Assembly (NCBI RefSeq): GCF_000020385.1
Contig: NC_010814.1
Coordinates: 1,140,001-1,172,000, forward strand
Source of the DNA: Trichlorobacter lovleyi SZ
Lineage (GTDB): Bacteria > Desulfobacterota > Desulfuromonadia > Geobacterales > Pseudopelobacteraceae
Direction of reading: 5' to 3'
DNA: 32,000 nucleotides
The notes beneath the pieces were generated by a model. It made no database searches, was not told the origin of the DNA, and worked only from the letters and a program-made list of their open reading frames with translations. Both the position numbers and the translations under genes were made by a program. This document shows, in pieces, positions 1 to 7,325 of the stretch. How positions within the stretch are numbered: position 1 is the first letter of the stretch; every line of letters begins with the position of its first letter.

Positions 1-598
1 GCTTTTTGCGTTTCAGGGCATCGATCTGCTCTTTGATGATCTGTTTTTCCTGCTCAATCTCGCGCTGCTGATCTTCAACCTTGACGGTATTGCTGCCTAC
101 AAAGCCCATGGCCTCATTCAGTTCAGCGCCGGTCGGCTTGCCGATGGCCAGTTGCTGTGAGATCCGCTCACCCCAGGCCACCTTGATTGAATCAACAAAC
201 CCCTTCTGGGCAACCAGTCCGGCCTTTCTGGCATCAAGGCCACCCAGCTTGCGTTCCAGCTGCCTCAGTTCCGCCTCAATCTCCTTGACCCGTTTGTCTG
301 CAGTCTGGCTCAGAAAGCTGCGCTTGACCTCAATACCGGTAATGGTGGCCCGTGCCGTTCCCTTGGCATCGACCCTTACTGAGTCGTCCTGTAACAGCAC
401 CGGCAGCCCCTCAATCGCAATGACCTGACTACCCGGTTTCAATGCGACAGTTACGCTGCGGGTGACCTGGGCCCGGTCCTGATAGACCGTAACCGCACTG
501 ATGGTGGCCTGTGCCGGTATACGTGCCGGCGGTGCTGCAAAGACAGATGCGGGCAGCAGGAGCCCCAGACATACGACCAGCAGGGAAAGTATCTGCAT
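1..598 (-). CDS. DUF4140/DUF4139 (MuiA-like) secreted protein, N-terminal ~199 aa; continues beyond the left window edge
   Basis: Absent from the ORF track because it is open at the window edge. Minus-strand translation from ATG 598..596: MQILSLLVVCLGLLLPASVFAAPPARIPAQATISAVTVYQDRAQVTRSVTVALKPGSQVIAIEGLPVLLQDDSVRVDAKG..., then coiled-coil-like KEIEAELRQLERKL...EQEKQIIKEQIDALKRKK. No stop occurs down to position 1. It has a signal-peptide-like N-terminus and SD AGGAGG (610..605) 6 nt upstream. The VTVY.DRA.VTR...LP..L...S.RV pattern matches my memory of DUF4140/DUF4139. Confidence 0.75.
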   Translation of the reverse strand, partial: MQILSLLVVCLGLLLPASVFAAPPARIPAQATISAVTVYQDRAQVTRSVTVALKPGSQVIAIEGLPVLLQDDSVRVDAKGTARATITGIEVKRSFLSQTADKRVKEIEAELRQLERKLGGLDARKAGLVAQKGFVDSIKVAWGERISQQLAIGKPTGAELNEAMGFVGSNTVKVEDQQREIEQEKQIIKEQIDALKRKK

Positions 599-868
599 GA
601 ACAACCTCCTGAAAGTGAGCTTAACCTGAATAAGTATACCAGAAATATGTGCTGTGTCTTGATCTGGTACTATGCATCGAATGCGTTGCTGTATTGACGT
701 TTTTTGTCAGTTTGCCCGCTGCAGAACAGAGGTGCGGTTTCTGGCCTGTGAGATAACTAGCTGTATTGTATGTCTCGCAGCGCTAATCTGCATCATCATG
801 CAACGATTGCCATGTATCTTGCAAAGGAGATGCAGCAGCAATGAACGTATGTTCTGAGGAGGTTTACC

Positions 869-1045
869 ATGGCTATGATTCGTGTCTCCTGCCCTCACTG
901 CTCCTTCAGTCGTGATGTGCTGGATAGCCAGTTGCCGGATCAGCCGACAAAGGCTACCTGCCCTAAATGCAAGAAAAGTTTTGATTTTTTTAAGGGTGCC
1001 GTTCCTTCTTCACCCTCTTTTGAGGTTGAAGGTATGTCAGCGTAA
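869..1045 (+). CDS. Small (58 aa) MJ0042-type CXXC...CXXC zinc-ribbon protein
   Basis: Below the 60-aa cut-off of the ORF track. Hand translation: MAMIRVSCPHCSFSRDVLDSQLPDQPTKATCPKCKKSFDFFKGAVPSSPSFEVEGMSA*. SD GAGGAGG (856-862) lies 6 nt before ATG 869 and the stop TAA is at 1043-1045. The two CxxC knuckles about 20 aa apart at the extreme N-terminus are typical of the MJ0042 finger-like domain. A hairpin follows the gene. Confidence 0.7.
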   Translation: MAMIRVSCPHCSFSRDVLDSQLPDQPTKATCPKCKKSFDFFKGAVPSSPSFEVEGMSA

Positions 1046-1071
1046 CGCCAGCGTTGTAAGAGGCGCTACGC

Positions 1072-1107
1072 ACAAACAGCATCCAATGTCCTTCGGATGC
1101 TGTTTGT
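1072..1107. terminator. Hairpin between convergent genes; likely a bidirectional intrinsic terminator
   Basis: Perfect 13-bp stem ACAAACAGCATCC (1072-1084) / GGATGCTGTTTGT (1095-1107) with a 10-nt loop. It lies between the zinc-ribbon stop (1045) and the stop of the minus-strand gene (1135). The U-tract is weak on both strands. Confidence 0.55.
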
Positions 1108-1134
1108 TGTGTCAAAAGTTATCAGACAGACACC

Positions 1135-2706
1135 TTAACGTGCTGCAGATGCCTTAACCTGTTGCTCCATCAGACTTGCCATCTGTTCAAGTGGCGCTTT
1201 TTGAACTTCTTTGCCGTTGTGGTAAAACAGCACCAACCGGAAATCACCTGCCAGGGCGCGGTTCGCCACATCATCAGGGGTAAAGGTGGTGCGCCCCAGC
1301 GATTTTTTGGTGGGCCACTCCACCCCACTGTAGGTCAGATAGACCAGCTTTGAGCAGTAGACCCGCTCCTTTGATTCCACATCAAAATTGAAATCATACG
1401 GTTTCCCCACCTGCCGCAATGATTGCAGGATGACTCTGATCCGGTCATCCCTGCTGATGTTCTGTTTGCGTAAGATTCCGATGCTGTCGATATTCATAAA
1501 CTGCTCAAGCGGATTTATCTCCACCCCGGAACGCAACGCCTCAACCACGCCGCGTCCCTGCTGAATCTTGTCATGGTAGCGCTTGACCAGTGGATTGTCC
1601 CAGATACCCAGTTCCCGCAACTCCTTTTCAGTGCCGATCCAGACCGCTGCGTGGCCCCAGTAGCCGGGGATCAGCTTGTCGGTCAGGCGGAAAGGGGTCT
1701 TTTCCAACAGCACATCGCCAGCCTGCAGGGTGCCTGTCAACTGTTCCCTGACCGGCGGTTTGCGATACAGCTTGCCCTTGCGGGTTTCCACCAGCCCGAC
1801 GGCATTGCCGAAGACCATGCTGAACAGGCTGATACCGTGCCGCTCCAGACCGGAAAGGGTGTCTTCCGTCACGCCACCCAGAAAGCCGACCTTGCGGCCC
1901 ACCACGTAAAACGGTGACCAGGTGCGCACCATGGAATAGGAAGGGCTCTGCTTGATCAACAGATTGATGTAGGCGGTTTCCGGGTTGGCATCCACGGTCC
2001 GGCTGAATCGCTTTGCCTCCCGCTCGTAGAATTTGATCGCCTTGCGGGCCCGGCTGCGGTTGTTGATGGAGTTGTAGGAGAGGGTTACCTTGGCCAGGGC
2101 GGCGCTCTGCACCGCATAGCCGGGATCAGCCTCATTCAGCAGGCGCCGCAGCTTGGCATCCCCTTCAAACAGCGAGACCGACAGCAGATAATTGTCATAC
2201 AGCAAAAAGGCGGATGCAAGCGACATCATCACCCCGTTCAACCGTGTCTCCGGCGATACGCCCCGGCTCTGCCACTCCTGTTCGGTCCCATCCAGCCAGC
2301 ATTCGTGGGATTCGGCAACCTCCATCAGCTCCTTGCGCAGCTTCAGGTGCTCGGTAATGCCGATGTTCATGATCTCCAGATCGTCGCCGGAGAGCGGTTT
2401 TTTCTGCTCCAGCTGGTTTTTGATCCGTCTGCCCACCGAGATGGTCTCGGCCCGCAGCATCAAGGCCTGCTCTGCCAGGGTGCGAAAACGGGCCAGCTCC
2501 TGATTCAGTCCTGCATCCACCTGCTGTCTGGCAACACCATGGGCCTTCAGTAGGTGATCCCGGCATTGGGCAGGCAGTGTTGTGGATGCAGAAGACAGCT
2601 GCCCTTGGAGTTCGTCTGTGGAAACAGCCTGCGCCTGTTGCGCAGTGACGAACAGCAGGCCAACCAGTGTTAGGTGCAGGATTTTGGTGAATAATGACGG
2701 TGGCAT
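1135..2706 (-). CDS. Secreted YiiX/YaeF-like permuted papain-fold (NlpC/P60-related, C92-type) hydrolase with a ~300-aa helical N-terminal region
   Basis: 523-aa ORF with signal peptide MPPSLFTKILHLTLVGLLFVTAQQAQA. His precedes Cys (GYWGHAAVWIG ... GKPYDFNFD ... VYCSKLVYLTY), as in the permuted YiiX family. SD GGGAGAAG precedes the ATG. It lies 32 nt downstream of the DUF2339 gene on the same strand. Confidence 0.8.
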   Translation of the reverse strand: MPPSLFTKILHLTLVGLLFVTAQQAQAVSTDELQGQLSSASTTLPAQCRDHLLKAHGVARQQVDAGLNQELARFRTLAEQALMLRAETISVGRRIKNQLEQKKPLSGDDLEIMNIGITEHLKLRKELMEVAESHECWLDGTEQEWQSRGVSPETRLNGVMMSLASAFLLYDNYLLSVSLFEGDAKLRRLLNEADPGYAVQSAALAKVTLSYNSINNRSRARKAIKFYEREAKRFSRTVDANPETAYINLLIKQSPSYSMVRTWSPFYVVGRKVGFLGGVTEDTLSGLERHGISLFSMVFGNAVGLVETRKGKLYRKPPVREQLTGTLQAGDVLLEKTPFRLTDKLIPGYWGHAAVWIGTEKELRELGIWDNPLVKRYHDKIQQGRGVVEALRSGVEINPLEQFMNIDSIGILRKQNISRDDRIRVILQSLRQVGKPYDFNFDVESKERVYCSKLVYLTYSGVEWPTKKSLGRTTFTPDDVANRALAGDFRLVLFYHNGKEVQKAPLEQMASLMEQQVKASAAR

Positions 2707-2738
2707 GATCTTCTCCCTTATACATGGATGATCCGGGG

Positions 2739-5447
2739 CTATTCTTGTTTCGGTGGCACCGGTGCGAACCAGCCGATCACCAGCAGCAACAGTCCTACGG
2801 CAACAAATGATACGATTCTGGCTATGGTGCCGTGACCTGCAAGATCTATCATAAACAGCTTGGCAACCACAACCCCTAGTAGCGTTGCCCCGCAGAGCCA
2901 GATCAGGCGGTTGCTGTGCCGGACCGCATACAGGGTGGCAAGCAGCGCCAACAGGCTCCAGAAGATTGAGAAGGATGCCTGGGCCAAGGGTGAGTGCAGC
3001 ATGCCATGGGCTGTGAACGGTATCTCGCCCCAGTAATGCAGGCTGCGGGCCAGGATGCCGTTCAGCCAGGCAAAGGAAACAGCGCTGAAGACGGCAGTGA
3101 TCGAAAGCTGCAGTTCACGCAGCAGCTCCCGGAATTCATCCATGGTATACAGGCTGCGGAGCCAGATCAGCGGCACGGCAATGGCAGCCAGGATGGTCAG
3201 ATCAAACTGGTTCAGCAGTGGCAGCCAGGGCAGCGGGCCACTGTCGCCAACGCAGGTCAAGGAACTGACCAGGACCCAGCCCAGAGACCAGACCGCAAGG
3301 GGCAGGGCGATGATCCCCTGATAGGTAATCTGTTCCTGGCGGAACGGCCAGATGCTGGTTCGGTTACCGATCACCAGCAGCCCCAGCAGACTGACCGGCA
3401 TCAGCACCTGGCTGATCTCCTGCCAGCTACCCTGCTGCAGCATGGCAAATGATACCTGCCAGCCAAGCTCAAGGGTGCCCAGCAGTGCCAGTAACCATAC
3501 CAGCAGGGCATGGGGATATGGTTTGAACGTGGCAGGCAACTGCTGGTCGTGGGAGTACAGCAGCCACCAGCTTGTGCTAAAGGCGATCGGCCAGGCAAAC
3601 CAGCCGCCATGGGCCAGGGGATGGGCAGGAAACCAGGCCACTGCGGCTGCGGGCATCAGTAGTAGCAGAAGCAGGCTGGTCCAGCCAAAGTTCTGCCACT
3701 GCAGCTTGCGTGCAGATAACCGGATCAGCAGGGCTGAAAGGGCAGCGAACAACAGGATTGCGCCATACAGGAATTCCTTGTCCACGTTTTGTTCCAGCTC
3801 CCGGATGGCGCCACCGGACCACCAGCAGAGTCCCCAGGCGATCAGCAGATACTCAAACGGTTGCTCCCATTCCTGTATCTGGAGCGGATGGCGCTGCAGC
3901 AGAAAGGCGCTGTACAGGCCGGACAGGCTGATCAGCAGGCAGCCCAGATAGAAGCTGTTTAGCAGCGGCACGTTGCTGGTGGTGTGGGCCATAGCGGAGG
4001 CAAAGGCCAGACCGGACAAAAGCTGCAGCAGATAACCGCTGGCCCGCACCAGTCGGCGTTCTGTCCTGAAACCCAGCCAGACCATGGTTGCCCCTTCCAA
4101 TGCCCAGGCAGCGGAGGTCCAGCGGCCGTCAAAGGCCAGCGGTATGCTCAGGCTCAGTAGTATGCCTGCCAGCGCCAGAAATGATGCAGCCAGCGGGCGC
4201 AGCTGGTGGCCCCGGTTCCAGAGCAGACGGCAGCAGGCCAGGTAGCAGAGTCCGGCAGCCAGGGCGCTCCAGGCCATGCCGTAGCGAAAGTCGCTGACCA
4301 GTGCTGATTGCAGGGCAAAGGCTGCCAGTGGTGTACCGAACACCAGGGTTGCATCGGGCATACCACGTAGATCAGGTGGTTGGCGCAGTGAGAACAGCAC
4401 GCTAACCCCCAGGTAGATCAGGAAGAACAGGATCAGGAACGGCTCCACCGAACTGAAATACGCCGGTCTGTAGTAGTTTGCTCCCCAGATGGCGCTCAGC
4501 AGGAAGGTGGCACTAAAGCCGGTCAGGTTGATGGAGCGCCATGAGCGGAACCAGGCGATGCTGATCACAACAATATTCAGCACCGTGTAATAGCCGAACA
4601 GCACTGACGGGTCTCCGATGCCTACTGAAGCCAGAAACGGTGCAGCAAAACCGCCGATTATGCCGAACAGGGCCATGGTGCGTGATTCCTGCAACAGTGC
4701 CAGTGCAGCACACAGGCCAGAGATTACCACCAGCAGCGCAAAGGAAGGAACCGCAGGGATCAGCCCGTATAGCCGGAATGCGGCGTAACTGACTAGATAG
4801 AGAATGCCGATGCCGCCCCCCTGCAGCGCCAGGGCGTATTCGGCCCGCTTGGTGCGCAGCTTCCAGCCGGTTGCCAGCAAAGCCACGCCTCCGGCAGCAG
4901 CGCTCAGCAGGCGTAGTTCCAGCGGAAACATGCCACGTTGGGCTGCATACTTGACCAGAAAGGCGATGCCACAAAACAGGATCAGCACCCCCAGTTTTAC
5001 CAGCAGGTTCTCACCGTTAAAGATGGCCTTCAGAACGTTTTCCAGTGCCGTTGGTTCGGCTGGTGTTGCCGGTGTTGTGGTGTACTGGAAGGTGTAGCTT
5101 GGCTCGCTTTTGTCAATCCTGTCTGCATTGGGTCGTGTTGGTTGCTTCTGCTGCCAGGCGGGGCGGCTGTGCAGTGGACGGTCCAGCGTGGCAGCGGGGG
5201 GACTGACTACGGGCACCGGCTTGGGTGTCTGATCCGGTTCTGGCTTTGCCAGATCCGGATCATCCCGCAGGTGTGCGGATAACCGTGATCTCAACCAGCT
5301 AAGCTCCTGCTGTTGCTTGTCTTGAGCTGTTTTCAGCAACTGCACGCTGCTGTAAAGCCAGCCGATAATCCCGCCTGAAACTGCGCCGGGGAAATGAAAC
5401 AGCATGCCGCCTGCAATGATACCGATACAGATGAACAAGAGTGTCAT
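2739..5447 (-). CDS. DUF2339-type large polytopic membrane protein (902 aa)
   Basis: N-terminal TM helix, then a coiled/Pro-rich linker (QELSWLRSRL...KPEPDQTPKPVPVV), then about 20 or more hydrophobic helices beginning NLLVKLGVLILFCGIAFLVKYAAQRG. This is the architecture I recall for DUF2339. The start ATG lies 3 nt after the stop of the upstream small gene. Confidence 0.8.
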   Translation of the reverse strand: MTLLFICIGIIAGGMLFHFPGAVSGGIIGWLYSSVQLLKTAQDKQQQELSWLRSRLSAHLRDDPDLAKPEPDQTPKPVPVVSPPAATLDRPLHSRPAWQQKQPTRPNADRIDKSEPSYTFQYTTTPATPAEPTALENVLKAIFNGENLLVKLGVLILFCGIAFLVKYAAQRGMFPLELRLLSAAAGGVALLATGWKLRTKRAEYALALQGGGIGILYLVSYAAFRLYGLIPAVPSFALLVVISGLCAALALLQESRTMALFGIIGGFAAPFLASVGIGDPSVLFGYYTVLNIVVISIAWFRSWRSINLTGFSATFLLSAIWGANYYRPAYFSSVEPFLILFFLIYLGVSVLFSLRQPPDLRGMPDATLVFGTPLAAFALQSALVSDFRYGMAWSALAAGLCYLACCRLLWNRGHQLRPLAASFLALAGILLSLSIPLAFDGRWTSAAWALEGATMVWLGFRTERRLVRASGYLLQLLSGLAFASAMAHTTSNVPLLNSFYLGCLLISLSGLYSAFLLQRHPLQIQEWEQPFEYLLIAWGLCWWSGGAIRELEQNVDKEFLYGAILLFAALSALLIRLSARKLQWQNFGWTSLLLLLLMPAAAVAWFPAHPLAHGGWFAWPIAFSTSWWLLYSHDQQLPATFKPYPHALLVWLLALLGTLELGWQVSFAMLQQGSWQEISQVLMPVSLLGLLVIGNRTSIWPFRQEQITYQGIIALPLAVWSLGWVLVSSLTCVGDSGPLPWLPLLNQFDLTILAAIAVPLIWLRSLYTMDEFRELLRELQLSITAVFSAVSFAWLNGILARSLHYWGEIPFTAHGMLHSPLAQASFSIFWSLLALLATLYAVRHSNRLIWLCGATLLGVVVAKLFMIDLAGHGTIARIVSFVAVGLLLLVIGWFAPVPPKQE

Positions 5448-5450
5448 GGC

Positions 5451-5651
5451 CTACCTCGTGGAGCTGGCGTTAAAGGTGTTGATCAGGTTGCTGTAACTGC
5501 CGTTAAGGGTTTCATCAGCAGGCTGAGACTGGTCTGAGGTTGCGGCGCGACGATGTTCAATGGTGCGGGTTATCCCGTTTGAAATGACGATGGTCAGTGC
5601 AAAGGCGATAATCGGGACAATGGCAAAGATCCGTTTGTTGATGGTTTTCAT
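5451..5651 (-). CDS. Small single-TM protein (66 aa), leader gene of the DUF2339/YiiX-like operon
   Basis: MKTINKRIFAIVPIIAFALTIVISNGITRTIEHRRAATSDQ... SD GGAGG (5661..5657) lies 5 nt before ATG 5651. The gene is tightly coupled to the next one (TAG GCC ATG). The first 15 nt upstream of its ATG (GGAGGACGCC-ATG) are identical to those of the small gene at 19611-19781. Confidence 0.65.
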   Translation of the reverse strand: MKTINKRIFAIVPIIAFALTIVISNGITRTIEHRRAATSDQSQPADETLNGSYSNLINTFNASSTR

Positions 5652-5700
5652 GGCGTCCTCCCTGCTGGCTGCGTTTGTTGTTGCTTTACTGAAATGAAAT

Positions 5701-5716
5701 ACAGGGAATGTGCCAA
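5701..5716 (-). promoter_or_regulatory. Sigma-54-like promoter with a degenerate -12 element
   Basis: The minus strand reads TTGGCAC-ATTCC-CTGTA, with the -24 TGGCAC at 5715..5710 and CTGT at 5704..5701. It sits about 50 nt upstream of ATG 5651. The -24 element is perfect, but the -12 is GT rather than the usual GC. The layout parallels the better site at 19816-19832, and a sigma-54 activator gene is divergent and adjacent. Confidence 0.4.
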
Positions 5717-5789
5717 GAACCGTGAAAGGTTATTGGTTAATGATTAAAGGCCTTTAGCTGTGTAGTGGTTGTGTGCGGTAGCAAATCTG

Positions 5790-5819
5790 TTGACATTGAT
5801 TGTACTGGCTCTGTACATT
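5790..5819 (+). promoter_or_regulatory. Sigma-70-like promoter for the EBP gene; possible leaderless transcript
   Basis: TTGACA (5790-5795), an 18-nt spacer, then TACATT (5814-5819). ATG 5826 begins 7 nt after the -10 element and has no SD. The spacer and -10 overlap the TGTAC-N6-TGTACAT box (5801-5818). Confidence 0.35.
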
Positions 5820-5825
5820 TCGTGC

Positions 5826-7325
5826 ATGAATAAGCCCCTGACCTTGACAGCTGTTGACCGTGATTTCTTTCGTGCGGTGGCCCTGGCCGCCTTTGCCAAT
5901 CCGTTCAGCCCGGAACGTGAGGCGCTTGATCGCCGGATTGTTGGTGATGACCTGCGCTGTACAAGGGATGAGCTGATTGATCTGGTGGTGCAGCGGGTCA
6001 CGGCCCGGCTTGATGGCTTGCGGCGCAGCGGCAAGGGTGATCCGGTGCTGTACCGGGGCGAGGACCGCAGCCTGCTGCAGACCGCCTTCCAGTTTGATAT
6101 CTACCATCGCTACCGTGCCCCCTTTGATGCTTTTATCCTTGACCAGCAGCGGGCTGGCGACCGGCCGATCAAGGTGCCGTTTGCCGCTGAAGTGCTGGAA
6201 CAACTGGAACGGCTGGGGTACAGTCGGCCTGATTGTCGCCGTTATCTGGAGATCTTCTACCAGATCCGGCGGGCCTTTTATTTCATCGACACCGCCCTGG
6301 TGGGGCTGTCTCCCTCCATGCATACCCTGCGGCTGCAGCTCTGGAACAACATCTTTACCTGTGACATCAACCTGTATGACCAGCGGCTCTGGGACCGGAT
6401 GGAGGATTTTTCCACCCTGCTGCTGGGTGAGACCGGTACCGGCAAGGGGGCCGCCGCCGCTGCCATCGGACGTTCCGGCTTTATCCCGTTTGATGACAAA
6501 ACCGGCTGTTTCAAAGACAGCTTTACCCGTACCTTTATCAGCCGCAACCTGTCCCAGTACCCGGAATCGCTGCTGGAGTCAGAGCTGTTCGGCCACCGTA
6601 AAGGGGCCTTTACCGGCGCCATTGATAACCATGAAGGGGTGTTTACCCGCTGCTCTGCCCACGGCTCTATTTTTCTGGATGAGATCGGCGATGTCTCAAT
6701 ACCGGTGCAGATCAAACTGTTACAGGTGCTGCAGGAACGGACCTTTGCGCCGGTGGGCAGCCATGACCGGCTGCGTTTCAATGGCCGGGTGATCGCTGCC
6801 ACCAACCGCCCGCTGGATGAGCTGCGGCGGGAAGGACAGTTTCGGGACGACTTTTATTACCGGCTCTGTTCAGATCAGATCATTGTGCCGCCGCTTCGGC
6901 AGCGGGTGCAGGAAGAATCCTCCGAGCTACCGGCCCTGGTCAAAAATATCCTGCAGCGGATGCTGGGACATGAATGCAGCACCATGGCAGCCGAGATCAG
7001 CGAGGGCTTACACAGCTCGCTGGGGCCGCACTATGGATGGCCCGGTAATGTTCGAGAACTTGAGCAGGCGGTGCGTAGGATGCTGCTGACCCGGCGTTAT
7101 GAAGGGGATCGTCTGGTTGTGGGGGGCGGAGGTCTGCAGGATGCGCTGGTGGCCGGTGTCAGTCAGGGCAGTCTGGATGCGCGGGAGCTGCTGGCAGGCT
7201 ACTGTGGCTTACTCTATCAGCGGCTGGGCAGTTATGAAGAGGTGGCGCGGCGGACCGGGCTGGATCGTCGTACCGTCAAGAAGTACGTTATGGCTGAGAC
7301 TCAGGAAGAAACAGAGTCCACCTGA
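5826..7325 (+). CDS. Sigma-54-dependent transcriptional activator (bacterial enhancer-binding protein) with an uncharacterised ~200-aa N-terminal domain and no receiver domain
   Basis: AAA+ sigma-54 interaction motifs are present: Walker A GETGTGKG (nt 6427-6450), ESELFGHRKGAFTGA (the GAFTGA loop), FLDEIGD and GNVRELE. The C-terminal HTH reads YEEVARRTGLDRRTVKKYV. I prefer ATG 5826 (MNKPLTLTAV...) to the track's GTG 5769, whose extra 19 aa are hydrophobic filler overlapping the promoter region. Confidence 0.9.
   Translation: MNKPLTLTAVDRDFFRAVALAAFANPFSPEREALDRRIVGDDLRCTRDELIDLVVQRVTARLDGLRRSGKGDPVLYRGEDRSLLQTAFQFDIYHRYRAPFDAFILDQQRAGDRPIKVPFAAEVLEQLERLGYSRPDCRRYLEIFYQIRRAFYFIDTALVGLSPSMHTLRLQLWNNIFTCDINLYDQRLWDRMEDFSTLLLGETGTGKGAAAAAIGRSGFIPFDDKTGCFKDSFTRTFISRNLSQYPESLLESELFGHRKGAFTGAIDNHEGVFTRCSAHGSIFLDEIGDVSIPVQIKLLQVLQERTFAPVGSHDRLRFNGRVIAATNRPLDELRREGQFRDDFYYRLCSDQIIVPPLRQRVQEESSELPALVKNILQRMLGHECSTMAAEISEGLHSSLGPHYGWPGNVRELEQAVRRMLLTRRYEGDRLVVGGGGLQDALVAGVSQGSLDARELLAGYCGLLYQRLGSYEEVARRTGLDRRTVKKYVMAETQEETEST

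Noticed and set aside
81-428. 115-aa plus-strand ORF at the left edge.
   Set aside because: It lies antisense to the well-supported MuiA-like gene (1..598, minus). Its Ser/Pro/Ala-rich translation has no start context.
633-641. The 9-mer TATACCAGA is shared between 633-641 and about 19582-19590.
   Set aside because: It is a single short match with no extended similarity around it, which is compatible with chance.
808-823. TGCCAT-GTATC-TTGCA upstream of the zinc-ribbon gene, which resembles a sigma-54 promoter.
   Set aside because: The essential -24 GG dinucleotide is GC here. I therefore do not call it.
672-857. 61-aa ORF with 10 cysteines (MHRMRCCIDVFCQFARC...) in the 270-bp divergent intergenic region. 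I considered it as a Cys-rich peptide or a SCIFF-like rSAM substrate.
   Set aside because: It has no SD before the ATG. Its Cys codons arise from TGC/GCA-rich palindromic promoter-region sequence. No maturase gene is adjacent, and its end overlaps the SD of the zinc-ribbon gene. It is only worth revisiting if ribosome profiling shows translation.
2195-2725. Many long ORFs in the track lie antisense to or out of frame with the genes I call. Examples are 2195..2725-, 3352..3951+, 4513..4974-, 5754..6323-, 5977..6792+, 6278..6805-, 9080..9646-, 9756..10376+, 11606..12268-, 15064..15711-, 17851..18738+ and 21160..22062-.
   Set aside because: They are typical shadow ORFs of high-GC DNA. Their translations are Arg/Pro/Gly/Ala/Cys-rich and low in complexity, with no motifs and no SD. 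Each overlaps a strongly supported gene on the other strand or frame.
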